Under the pieces are notes generated by a model, which saw nothing but the letters and a program-made list of their open reading frames with translations, was not told the origin of the DNA and did not search any database. Positions 20,899-34,058 of a DNA stretch of 64,000 nucleotides are shown one piece after another. The position numbers and the translations under genes are program-made. Position 1 is the first letter of the stretch; each line of letters opens with the position of its first letter. Source of the stretch: Phoronis australis. Its lineage: Eukaryota; Animalia; Phoronida. The stretch spans positions 321,891 to 385,890 of the forward strand of contig NMRA01000436.1 of NCBI GenBank assembly GCA_002633005.1. The letters run 5' to 3'.

Positions 20899-23800
20899 GA
20901 TCCTGTTCCGACTCCAAGCACATCCGGGAATGAAGATATAGAGGTAAGAGGAGAGGCAGAATAGTCACGTGGTATGATTAAGAAAGCACAAAGTAGCCTA
21001 CAGTGCACCTGAATATCTGTGTGTATAAACCTACATTCCAAAGTTCAAGCTCTAATTTAGCTACATTTACGTCCCCCAGGAATCTACAAGTAGCAAAACC
21101 AAGAGTAGTGTGATGAGCTACGTCTGGTGACAATCTAGTGTATCTACCCTTTTTATGATAACATTGCATATACTTCAAACACAACTGCAACAAACTTAAG
21201 TAGTCCGTCGATTCAGCTACTTTTATCATTTTAACCGATGCCTGCAATGTTAAATAACATGCCAGTGGCATACATGTACATGTACTTCCTAGATCTTGTA
21301 ACAATGTATAGTTTTCTGTTAGATTTTAATTTCTTACTTTGACTCAAGTATACTTTGAAATCTTTTTTCTGGTTTCCCACACAGCAAACTGAGTAGTTAG
21401 AGGCGTAACGGATTTGTCTGATTGTGTGTGTCTTTCAGTACCTATGTGTAGTCTAAGTGTAATTGTTCGTTCCCATTTTCGGGCTTGAAAAATACGTTTT
21501 CTACGCTTTGTAATGGGCACGTTGTGTGATAATATGCAGGTGGCAGCTCTTCTTACGGTGATGGTTGCGGTGATAGTGGTTGCAGTTACGTCTCTGGTGC
21601 TTTTTTCTTGTTCTCGCTAACTGCAACCTGTGTGACCGTTTTTCTATTACAGGTGACCCTGTCCCTGGATCTTGTCACGATCGCTTGCGTTTCATGCTCT
21701 CTCGCCTGCAACGCAGTCACTCTGTTGGTGCTAGTCATTTACAGGTTAGTATTCTAGCTTAATCACTCTACTGGCAGGCAGTGGTGCATAAAGACGTTTC
21801 TAGAAAAGTGGTTGATGTATTATTATTCATGTTGTAACCTCGAATGCTGGATATAATAGCAGTTTTCACTCTAGCTAGTCACTAAGGGTTTACAACGTTA
21901 CCCGTCAAGTCATGGTCAAATTGTCAGGTCTTGCCAACAACAAAAAATTTCAGGGGTGCGTAAATTTGGCACAAGACACTCTCATAAAAGCAAGATGATG
22001 AGACCGTGCAAAAATTACTTTTATGAAAAACGATTGTTTCGCTAGTACTCTCAGGAGCTTTTTATCAAAATAGCAGCCACTATAGTTCTTGGTCGGCGAG
22101 CCTGGGATGCTTGCTTGCCAGATAAACTCAGGAGGTCCAGTTTCAAAAGGATATCTCCCCTCATGTGCCTTGCGAGGAGCCTTGCGTTCTCGGACCTCCA
22201 TGGTCTGGTGTCCCGAAAAACCCAACTCCAAATTTGATAAATTGCTTGGCATTCTTCGACTGAACTAACATATACAAATGTGCAATCGAATCATGAGGCT
22301 TGATAGACGCAGTTACAAAGTCCCTTCCATCTCAACAAAACGGCTTTTGATGTAGAGCCTTTGCCGTTATAAAATATATCTTTCGTCTTCAATTTCAAGA
22401 ACGATAATTGGACTTCTAAAAATTGACAATTCATTTTTATTTGAAGCTAGACACCACAAATTGACCAGCCACGATAGACAATTTTTGCGCCGAGCTTGTG
22501 AGTCCTCCGCAAGACCAAACTCTGTTTTGACTTTAGTCACGAACAACTTGAGAACTATTTTACAGTACGTGGTCTGAAACAAATGATCTCATTGGTTTAG
22601 TGCCGCTTCAATGGGTTAGTTAATTTGATTTTCGCCTAATAATAAATTCTCACATTTAAATCTTAAAAAAGATATTGTCAACCCTCGAAAATTTGGAACA
22701 AATTTGAAAATTCCTTGAAGAGTTTACTAATTCGGCAAGCGTAACTGACGCTTTACACGAACATACATGTACCATGCAATCATGATATGCAGTCAAATGA
22801 AAAATAAAAAATTATTCATAAACGTCCTTTTCCATTTCAGAGAAGAACATGGTCGCTCAACAACTTTTATAAACATGACAGTGGCACAGATGATGAACCA
22901 GTACTGCTACCTAGCTCTCTTAATGGGTGAACAAAATGAGGTATACGAATTGTTCCCTATCTTGTCCAATAGGTGGACGTTGGTATTCAAATTTGTCAGC
23001 CTCGTCATCATTTCGTGGTCACGTGTTCAAGGCGCAGTGATCATTAGTCTGCAACAAGCGCTTCTATGAAAAACTATTGTTGATGTCAACAATATATTTA
23101 TCGCTATCTTCTTCGAAAACAAAGCCATTTCACCATTAGCAAAATCATCATCAACAAGAAGCGTGTAAATACGTCTATTCTTTTCAAAGATATGTATTTT
23201 TGAAATGTGCCCAATAGTTTTGAAACAATGCTGCTGTATACGCATCGTTTAAACGTTCTTACATATGCTCGCATTGTGGTTTCTTTTAGGTGGCATGCTT
23301 TGCCATGTCGATGGTTTCTCATTATCTCTATGCTGTCATTTACGCGTGGCTGCTGCTGGACGGGATACAACTTCTGTATCACTCCGCGACTGAAAAATCT
23401 CTCAATGGGTGCATATCATTCGCCATTGGCTGGGGTGAGTGAAACACAGTTTTAGACTTTAGGAACAATACAAACTAAAGATCCAAAGGTCTGCTTTGTA
23501 GTGGACATGCACACGAAACTTGCTTGTCTAAGATGTGTCCGGCTTCCCGGTATTCAACCAATTTAAACACCTGTCTAGTTTAATTGTTACAGCTTCCTGT
23601 CATACATGACTTGTCTGAAGTGCGATGATGACTGATATTGACTCATTACAGTGACTCCTGCCGGCATAGTGGGTGGAACAGCTGCTATCAACTTAGAAAA
23701 GCATTACAAAACCGGAGTTTGCTGGCTGTCACGTGATGACCGAGTCATATGGACTTTCATAACACCCCTGATGGTTTGTGGCGTGGTAAGTGACTGAAAG

Positions 23801-26800
23801 AAGATAGTCCGTGTCTACGTATCGTCGCTGATGCAACTTTGCTGTATTTACAGGCTCATTCAGTTGCCGTACAGTTCGCAAGACAATGTCGAATGACCCC
23901 ATGGGACTGGTAACTGTAAAAAAGTGGTTGACTCCCCCTTTAATCAAGACTAAGACCACTGTTCGGAGGGGGATTTTGATCAGTAGCATGGGGCAATGAA
24001 ATCACCTGTTTGCACACCTGCCCCAAACACATGGAAAATGACCATGATTGACAGAAAGTACACTCTATGGAGTTTCACAAAGAGGAGAAGATTCAACAAA
24101 GGCATGAATTTTTACCTTGCTACGTCCCCCGCAAAAAGTGAGATGTCCAAAAATGATTTGGCCATAACAAATTAATTACTGCCCGTATGCAAGAGAAGAA
24201 ACCATAATCCGAATGCTCTTTCACACTAGATTCCAGAAATTTAGGTTAATGTCAGAAGTTGACTGTGAGTTTGTTTAAAAGGTAGCTATGCTTTGAGATT
24301 GTGCGTAGATGATGATTAAATCTAGTTATTAATTTATTATATGATAAATAAGAATTAAAGTAAGTGAAACCTGATGTTAGTAATACGAAACCCAACAACG
24401 AAGAAGAGTAACTACGCTAGCTCCCTCTGGGAGGAACACTTCAATCAATTAAGTATATATAATCAAACGTCTTGTCTGCTATCCAAGCTGTAGGACTCGA
24501 TCGTTGGATGAGTCCTGTTGGTGAATCTTCGAACTAACACGTGCTGTACTGCAACACTGTAGTTGCTGGTCACAGTCCTTCTTTACGCAACACTTGCAAG
24601 CAGTAGGTTATCTTCTACCCACGATTCTTCTTGCTGGTCACAGTCTCTCGTAACGCAACACTCGCAGGCACTATCTCCCACCTACGATTCCACTCGCTGG
24701 TCACAGTACCTCGTGACGCAAAAGTATAAGCAGTATCTTACTACCCACCATGCGAGTAGCAAGCTCTTAGTTAACTTCCTGTTCGTTAACCCTTGCCCTT
24801 ACCAAGATCCTCTTTAGAATCTTCCACGAAATGACTCTGTTGTATCATTTCTTCTGTACACTGTAGCAAGTTTCCTTCAGTAGCTTGAACTACAGAATCC
24901 AGTCTCACTATTTTGCAAACGTCTTCACAAATTATAATAATGTACTTACTTAACGATTGGCTAACAAAAACCACATGTTCTTATCCAATCATATCATCGG
25001 CTGTTAGGATATGCTCCCAAAAAACTCTAAAATCTTTAGAGTGCATTTACCCAGAACCAAACTAGTAAACATCATCTAAAACACATCTTAAGGTCAAAAA
25101 TACACGTAAACAAATTCGATCCTATGGTTTAAAAGTACATACATGTATGCACAAATTTTTGGCAACTTAAACGAAATTTTCTGTACCAATCACTTAATCT
25201 AATCAATATTTATTCTGACAGTTAGCATATGTCATTATGAACCAGATTTTGACAATTTCTACTTGTCTGAAGAGTACCTGGATTCGATCGAAGAATCCAA
25301 CACTGGCAAGATGTGATCTCAAAATGGTGGTACATACGCATCTAAGCAGACACGAGAAAATGCCAAATTTTTGGGATCAGTTTACTCAAAACAACTTCAA
25401 AGAACTAATCAATACCATTTGCGACAATCACGTCCAATTTAGTTCACAAAACTGGCAGTCAAACCTGACACATCCCATTGCCTTCATTTTTAGTGGTCTA
25501 CAAAGACCCGAACCGAGGCCTTACCACTTAACTTTAATGTAAATGACTTGGCCGAGCGTTTAATTATACAAACCAGGGGCGTACCCAGGATTTTGAGTTA
25601 GGAGGGCCAGGGCAGAGTATTAGCTACGCTTTTGCCGTCAGAAATTCCCACCCCCGTACTGCCAAATGGAATCTGGGAGAATTTTAGGAGGCCACGACAC
25701 CCTTGCCCGCNGTATCGTTTAACTTGCGACGTCCATGCGACGGGCGTAAGCGTGTCGCATGTTTATCACCTATTTTACCTTACCATTGTTTCATTTTGTT
25801 GTGGCCTTGTTGGATATAACAATACCATTCGCATGGACATCGTACCTTGGGCGCACATCAGCCGGTTACCGATAAATGCTTGTCATTATCTCTACTATAA
25901 GTAAGAAAAAAGAAAACAAAGTGGACAATGGATACGGCAATCTACCGATCTTCATGCGACGAGCTCGCGACCCAGTTTCCCGCGGGAAATGGCTGGAATG
26001 CAGTTTTATAAGACATAAAGACCATGGTTATTAATTTCTCTTTATTCTGTTTCAGGCGACATTAGTGCTACAGGTCTTCATTATTAAAGCGTACAAAAAT
26101 ACCTCAGGAGTAGGACAGAAGGTTCTGGTGAATCGCCTAAGGTATTTTTTCATCATGATAACTTTGAACGATAATGGATTGCTGCAAAACGACAATGATT
26201 GGCGCTCAGCACCATTTTATGCATTTCAATGGCCATGATATCTGAAATACCGCGAATGCTCGCTGGTTTTCCACTATGCATATTATAGCAAACATCAGGT
26301 ATAGTGTATGTTGCGACGCCATTTGCGCAGGCTGAATCAAAACTAGGCTTTATCTAATCTAAGAAACCATGGCATTGTTCTTTGTACATGTAGCTCAACA
26401 AACGTTTTGGCTTAGCTACATTGTTTCAGCGGGTATGCATCGACTGAAAACCGTGTTACGTTGTGTTTGCTCAAGCGGTTAGAAATGGCATCTTGAACAC
26501 GCGATGTCTCGGCAAAAACAACAACACATTGTCATATCGTCAGTTTCTAAGCCAGCCACCACGGTTGCATTCCGATTGGTGCGTGAAAAGAGCTAATCAC
26601 GCAAGTGAACGCGAGATATTGACCATATTGCCATGCGTTACCAGCAAAGCACGTGATCACAATTGCATTTTCTTTGGAGCTTGTTGCTGAACGTGCCCGT
26701 TTTCTTACAAGCACGTGCACATTTGGGTTAATGAGAGCTACGCACCAGCAAGAGTACAACCCTGTTGATCCATATTTACAGCAAAGTTTGCATGTTTTAT

Positions 26801-26961
26801 TACTTGGTTGACACTTCATTTGTTCATTCATCAGATTATCCGTTGCGACTACTTGGCTACTTCTTCCACTGGTGACATCAGCCTGGGTTATTGGTTTTTA
26901 TTTCTACCACGAGAGGACCTTACTGCTCGAGTATGTTTACACTGGGCTCACGTCCATTCAG
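20899..26961 (+). CDS. Adhesion/secretin-class (7tm_2) G-protein-coupled receptor, 7TM exons
   Basis: Phase-compatible exons: 20899-20943 (DPVPTPSTSGNEDIE), 21653-21744 (TM1 LDLVTIACVSCSLACNAVTLLVLVIY), 22841-22940 (TM2 TFINMTVAQ), 23290-23434 (TM3 C...HYLYAVIYAWLLLDG...IGW), 23652-23785 (P...CWLS...IWTFITP), 26056-26141, 26835-26961 (LLLPLVTSAWVIG...EYVYTGLTSIQ). First and last exons not resolved. Confidence 0.85.
24563..24755. repeat. Degenerate ~60-65-bp tandem repeat (3 units)
   Basis: gctggtcacagt...acgcaa...gcagta/gcacta-tct...accca recurs three times. Confidence 0.7.
25574..25710 (+). mobile_element. Short MITE-like repeat (CAGGGGCG...GGATTTT family), partial copy
   Basis: Shares gggcagagtattagc...ttttgccgtcag...ccaaatggaatctgggagaatttt with copies at 36328, 38388 and 52545. 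Confidence 0.75.
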
Positions 26962-28936
26962 GTAAGTGCTCTGCTAAAGTTTCATTAATGGCCATGAAGA
27001 AAGGTGACGTATCAACCTAATCTCTACGATTCACAACACTGATTTAATCTTAAAAAGTCTGCAATACTAGAAATGCGAAAAAAAATCAATGCTAACGGGG
27101 CGTACGTATTTCATAGAAAGTACAGCGTGAATTTTGGACGTTCCCATGACTAAGACGTAAACGTCCAAACTGATTTCAAAAGTCATAGAATGTAAAGCCT
27201 CAATAACCGAGTAGGACTCAAATGACAGATCAGTACATATATTTAAAAGCTGTGTGATAAACCATCTCATCTCCTCCTTAATGTGCTTCATACTAGTAAG
27301 TGGGTGAGAAGGTTTTACTATTCACCATACATGTAAGCTTGGCACGGGGTTTTGGATGTGTCATTTGAGAGGAACTCAGTTACGCAATTGCTACAGATCG
27401 AGTTCTGCATTATACGCCTCGGCGACTGTGTATTTTTCAGCTTATCGCTGGAGCTTTTAAAGTTGTCGGACTGGATTTTAACCAATGACACGGCTTAAAT
27501 TCTAATAAACCACGTTCTTGTATGCCGTACATCAAAACAAATCCTCGTGGTCTTTGATTCAGGTAAAACAGTGCCCCAAGTCCGAGTCTCCTTGTAATCG
27601 CGTAAAGAAATGGGGGCTTTTTAGAAAAATCCACGATTACTGAGAGAGATATAGCGATGTAAATAGTGCTCAACATACAATCAGGTATCAATCGTAACAT
27701 CATGAGCAGGACTGTTAATTATATGACAGTTCTGTCTCAGTCTTCATTTGCTAAATATTTTATCGTCTGCAACTCAGGCCCCGATTCATTGGTAACTACA
27801 ATATCAAATATTGTTATTATTTAACTATTTCCAGGTGATGTTACACGTTCAATGAAAAGCTACCAATGTTTCCTGGCCATCTTTGTAATCTCTTTTCAAG
27901 TAATAAATCGTTACATTTAAAACTGTTTCTTTTACTACAGAAAACTTGCAACCCACCGTGCAAGTACATACATAGAGGATGTGATCCGTCACGTGAACAG
28001 TCTGAGTGAAGTCTTTAAAAAGATCTGCTGAAAAAATGAAAGAAAGTTAGGAATTCGAAGCGTATGGGATAAATACAAAACGTACCGAGAGTGGCGTACA
28101 TTAAGTCTTATCCCGCTCGACATTATTCCGCGTATCGACCGAGACCAAATATAGATGAATTTTAGCCTTCTTACTCACTTAAATTCGGGTCCAGCAGTTT
28201 TAATTTATTCGCCGCACCTCCATCCTTGTAGGGCTTCGTGATCTTCCTTTTGTTCGTGGCCTTCAATCCCGATCTGTGGATAACACCTTCGGAGGACAGT
28301 TACAAAGGATCGAGACGCTCATCTAAGGTTCACCCTATGAACTTACAACTAGACCCAGGGCATCTCAGTGCCGTTACAAGTAGATTGGTGAGTACGCAAC
28401 TGAGGTGAAACGTCGGGGCTTACGATTAGTGTGACTATTCACTAGGGAAATGATTATGTTTTCATGTACGTTTGTCTGAAAAAAAACTGATATGAATTCA
28501 CCGAGATCATGTTCATTGACGGTGTGGCACATTGAAGAGGCGTGAAACCCGTAAAACAATTTTTAAACAGGTCATGTCAATTCTACGTCTTGAGGACGCA
28601 ATCGTGATGTGAGTTAATCACTTTGAATACTGAACGAATTTCTTAAAAAATCGTCACATTCACTATTTTTGAAACACAAACGAAATAAAAACACTTTTAT
28701 TCCAATTACAGGCCAGCAAATTTATCGATGACTCATAACCGAAATCCATGTATAAGAAACATAAAGGTTGAACAATAAAATAATTTTGCCGAGCCTATAA
28801 GATCCGAACATCAATTGTTTCAAATTCAAATAAAACCTGCGCGCAACACCCTCATATTGGTATTGCCTCAACCACTGAAACAGTATCTTCCCTTAGTCTT
28901 ATTATATTGTCCTTATGAGTGGTGTATTGCCGATGG

Positions 28937-31032
28937 AATTGACCTATCGCAAGCTCCGCCCCTATGCGAAAAGTCACGTGATACCCGACACTCGAACGAG
29001 ATGTCAGAGGCAAATACACTGTCGCTAAACGACGTTCCTGGTGGAATCGATGAGTGTTTTTGCACTATTTGAAAACGCTTCGACAGAGACAAGAGGCGAT
29101 GCTTTTCAATAGAGAATCGTACGTTCATGATATGGGAATTTGTAAAGTTGACGATGAAAAAATAAGTGCTCGAGGAGTCAGCGAAAATCCGAAGAACCCT
29201 CGGCCTCAGGGCTACCTTCAGTGTTCACCTGATAAATGACAAGGCCACTGATACGATATGTTCATGTTAAGCTGGGTATGTACCTTAAAATCGATTTATC
29301 TGTACGATTCCATAGATTTCATGATCTTTCGAATAAAATCAGTGAAGATTCACCGATATTTTTATTTTGTCGTCTGCTAAATTTCGCCAAATGAAAAGTA
29401 GGTCACAACTGGTGGGACTCCTGGAGTAAAGTACGTCATGGATTACAGACAACATATGCACTATAGTCTCTGATTAGGTCGACTCGATAGCACTGTTCAC
29501 GCTTTTCTAATCTTGTAATGAAATATTTTGATCAAAAAATTCAGGTTCATAGCTCAGGTACACACTCGTCTCGTCCTAGGCAAACAGTTAGCTCCGGTAG
29601 GTCTAGGGCTGTGTCTACATGTAAGTCAAATTAATGTCGGGAATTCAGTGGCGGATCTAGGATACCACAGGGGGGCCCAACATATGTTGCCTCGTGGAAT
29701 TGGGCAAAGTGTGATTGTATGTGCACAGACGGCTCAAAAGTTGCAGGGGCCAGGGATGTAGACCGTTGGACCTTCTGTTCAGAAAATCTATTGGTGGACT
29801 AAAAAAACAGGAACACGATTCCGCCGCGATCTGGGGTCTGAGTACCCTCTTCAGCTACCGTTCCTAGTTACTGAACTCAATATTTCCTCAAGCTTCACGC
29901 TCTTGCTGTTTCATTTTGCTTGCGGCAGCCAAGGGGGGGGCCTGCCCCCTCCCTAAATCCGCCTATGGAATTGTCCGTTTGCGCCATTAAAACATTTAAC
30001 GTAGGCCTACCGTCTTATGAACTTGGCATTTTTTTGTAGTTTCATTCCATAAAGGTAGCTTTCATTTAATTTTGAAGGTTGCATGATCACTAAGTCGTGG
30101 TATGGTTACAAAAGATTACAAGTCTGTTGTTGTAGTTGCAAAAATTGGGTATTTACAAAAATAACTCAAATTCTTTTTTAAAGCTTCATAAATCTAAATA
30201 TCATGTTTGAACAACTTCAAAATGAGCTCTCTCTAACTCTACAGACATAGTGTATACTTGAGGTACACGTCGAAAAAGTAATTCAACAGTTTATTTTTAG
30301 TGACAACAGCTCGACCAAGGCTTTGAGTTCCAGCAGTAATCCAGTGCCCTGTGCCGATCGAATCTCTGAACTTTGACCGGGAGAGAAGTTCAGTTGAACG
30401 CCAGCCTACGGTTTATGAATAACAAAAATGTACCTTTGATACGAAACAAAATAATGTCCATTAGGTTGAAATAAACAAAATAAAATAAAATAAAATAAAA
30501 ATGTCCTTGAAAACAACAATTTCCGAGGACTACCGCTAGAGTGCTGAGATCCAGCAGGTGCCGAGACAAAGGCGGCCAGACGTAGGAAACTCCGGTGTTA
30601 AAATCTGAGATAGCTCTGCACCATAGCCACCAACCTGAAAAGTGCGTATCTTGGAACTAATATATTTGTGTTGATTATAGCCTTCGAGTTATCAAGCAAC
30701 ATTGCGAAGTTCAGCTGCTCGTGTGGCCGCGAGTTTGATCGACAGTTTACGCTTTTCAACATAATTTTTCGGCTTAGGACATGCCAAAAAATGACGGGAT
30801 ATTATTCTGGAGCAGCATAACGGCTGTTGGTGCTACACACGCCATATCAACACCGTTTCCCCATTCTTAGCGGACAATTTCTTGAGCTATAGACTAAAGT
30901 AAGTTTTACTCGACTACGTGTGGTTTGTCGGGTAAAATGGCGGCTTGGAAACGCAGACGAAGGTGTGCCAAGAATGCTGCGTTCTGATTGGTCAATTAAG
31001 CCGTCCGTCATAATCCTGGCGATAGGTCAATT
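28937..31032. mobile_element. ISL2EU/PIF-Harbinger-like DNA transposon relic
   Basis: 14-bp TIR AATTGACCTATCGC (28937) / GCGATAGGTCAATT (31032). + strand relic FNRESYVHD...CSC*AG (SWIM-like) at ~29080-29275; convergent - strand THAP relic MGKRC*YGVC...PKPK..VEK...RPH.QLN at ~30690-30865. Confidence 0.6.
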
Positions 31033-32027
31033 TCCAAAACAAGCGCAAAACTCTGAATTCAAACTGAGGCTAAATAGTTAACATGGCGGACGTAAGTTGT
31101 GCTTGAACTCGCACGCATGGTGAAAATAAAAGTTCGAGTTTGAGCCAGCAAAGTTAAGGACGATGACATGAAATTTGTCTTCCGATTTGAAATAACAGAG
31201 TTTAGTAAAAGTGAACTTTGACTGACGTGTAACAGTTACTTCTTCTTTGGGCTCATTTTATCATTTAATCTAGAATGACATTAGGTGGAGTTATCTTGTG
31301 TTTGGTCTTGGCATTATGTGCTATTCTTGCTTGAAGGACAATGAACACTCGGTTTTTGGCGGAGATTTCCGATGTCTGACCGCACGCTCATCACGGGAAA
31401 TCGCCTATCGGCAACTGCCGGATATCGCGGTAGGCTTACCTTTGCAGCAACCCGTGGCTCTTCTGTTCTAAACGTTTGCTTTTTGCAAAATCCGAGTTTA
31501 AATACATTGACACTGTATGATGTGGAGGGCTCTCAAATAACATTCGTGGGCATGCAAAAGCACACTTCCTTCGGGAGAGTCCGTCAAAAATCCGGATGTG
31601 TACGAATGCCGTGTGGCATGAGCGTCAGAGAATAGCCTCGTTGAATTTGTCAAGTCAGCACTTGAAGGCAATTTGATCAAGTGAAAGAAGGGATCCAAGG
31701 ATTTGTTCGATGCTGATTTCGTAGAGTTCCGTGGATGTTTGAGTAAAAAATTCTGAGAACACCGATCTTCATTGCCCAAACTTTATGTTTTATTAGAGTG
31801 AGTTATGTCACTGGTGATCGAGGAACAGTTAGACCCAAGGGCCTGTGATGCCATTACAGTTTTCAAATTCTCTGCCAATATTGTTATATTTGCGCGCATA
31901 CGCTAGATGAAGTCGGAGAGGTTGCCGCTTGAAATCACTCTTTTGTTTACATCTAAGTTCAAAGTTCAAAATGTTCATTTGAGGCAACGCGCTAACTCAA
32001 TATTTTGGCCAGAGAAATCTTAATACT

Positions 32028-34058
32028 ATAGACCGGGTGCACGCGCTACTGCAGCAGATAACTTGACGCCATATTAGAGAGTGCTACTAGTCACGTGACA
32101 CGGCTGATTGCCGTGTAAGCAAACGGGGTAAATTGTCCTTTTCAAAGCGTGTCACCTGACAAATAAAAAAAGCCGAAGAGTGTGTTTTTTTCCAGAAACA
32201 TACAAAAACATGTGATGTAGCACTTACAAGCGTTTTGTAAGAGTTAGTCAGTCGTTAGGGAAAATATCGAACTATTAGAAGATAGCAACCAGTGGCAGAT
32301 TCTCGAAGGGCCTGAGCCGGGGGTCGATCCACTGCGAGCGTTTCGTTTTTTCGTTTTTTTTCAAGAAAAACCACTAAGATCGCGCAAATTTATCATTTAA
32401 TTGGTGTCGCTCGATGCAAATGAATTATATCCAGGAGAAGTGCCGCTCATTCGGGACGTGTACATGTACTTTCGTGGTGCCTCAATAAGAGTTTTCATAG
32501 AGTGTTGAACAATGACCCCGGGTAACTTTGTAAAATTAAAATATGACCAGGGTCGCTTTTAATGGGGGTTTAAATTTAATGTGGACTACTGTGAAAAATG
32601 ACCTCATTGGGGTCATATAAATAAATGACAGGTTTTTAAAATTCATTAGGGCGTTCCCTCGTTCAGTACAGCGGTTGTGAGCTTGTGATTACATCTAGCT
32701 CCTTTCTTAACTTAGTCTTTTGTCTGGTAGGACAACATGCAGATAAAATATCTAACAGGCTTATAACCGATCACATGTGAACACAGTCAAACCCAGTACG
32801 TTGTAATTTAAAAAGCAAAGAACACAGACTCAGTTCCTCTTCTGTGCATCGCTCAGAATTGCCAAAGTACAAATATTCTTCTCTCACGCACGGTATTCCT
32901 CTCTAACAGATCTGAAGACCCACTGGCTATGCACTTGTTGGCGTTTTGTGGCCCACACCGTGTAATTGTGTGCTCTCAAAGAGATCAGCCCCGCTCCCAC
33001 ACATTATTTCGGACCGTTCCTTTCCATCTGATATACCTACTGCGCGACCCTCAACCGAGAAATTTAAAATAAATTCTTCTCTCACAAACGCTGTCTGCTT
33101 ATCCCAACCCCCTATTGCGGGGGAACCGTTGAATAATGACGAGACAGGTTTTCACGGACGTGGGGTCATTTTTTCATTGGCTGAAAATTCTTCACATTAA
33201 ATTTAGACCCTTTAAAAAACTAACCGGGGTAATTTTTCACGGAGTCATAATTAATGCTGCATCGGCTCCGTTGGGTATATTTCCATTCGGTTACGAGTGA
33301 GAAATTATGTTTACTGAGTAAAGGTTGGATGCGCAATCCAGTCGTACAGGTTGCTATGCACTTTACTTTTTGCGCAAGTTTCGTCACAAAACAATGAGCT
33401 ATGCAAATCTAAAAAAAATCCAATATCAACTTCGACACAATTACTGATTTTGCAGGGATTTGTTTGTTTTGATACAGCAGAAAACATCTGATTTTGTAAT
33501 ACATTAAGAAACGAGTTTTGAAAGCAGTATATATTTCAATAGAGAAAACACTATTCACTTAGATGATTGATTTCGATGCCCCGGCTGGCGAGGAAGTTCG
33601 GGGGATGTTATTTTTCAATACAAGTAAAAATACAAATGATTTTTATTAATACTAAATATTTACTTAAATATAATTAGCAAACAGCATCAGCATTGGATAA
33701 CAGCATATGCTGGACAATATTTATATTTTTAATTGATCTTATATGGTCTCAATCGCCAAGACCGATGTGCAAACAACGCAAAAAGTCGCTCCGCGTAAAC
33801 TATGGTGGCAGAACATATAAATCTAGTTGCAGCACCACTTAACTCCATGGCCGAACCAAAAAACCCATGACTCAATGGCAGGACCAAAAAATTAACTCTT
33901 CAGCTGCAAGCACAATACTGCGAGTCCCCGCATTTCCTGACTGATGCCGTAGGGCTCCCAGTGTTTTCCGCCATTTTTGTCTTGTGTAGCACTCTCCAAT
34001 ATGGCGTTATATTGACAACGCGAGCAGCATGTATCTGAGTGGCGCGCGCCCGGTCTAT
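32028..34058. mobile_element. Non-autonomous TIR DNA element with a nested TIR element (~32510-33250)
   Basis: ATAGACCGGGTGCACGCG...GCCATATTAGAGAGTGCTAC at left; GTAGCACTCTCCAATATGGC...GCGCGCCCGGTCTAT at right. Inner inverted pair tttaaatttaatgtg/aaaaatgacc vs ggtcattttt/cacattaaattt. Confidence 0.65.

Noticed and set aside
31270-31790. Possible piggyBac C-terminal relic on the minus strand
   Set aside because: Only a vague VRSD...C..C resemblance with stops; no TTAA-flanked TIRs found.
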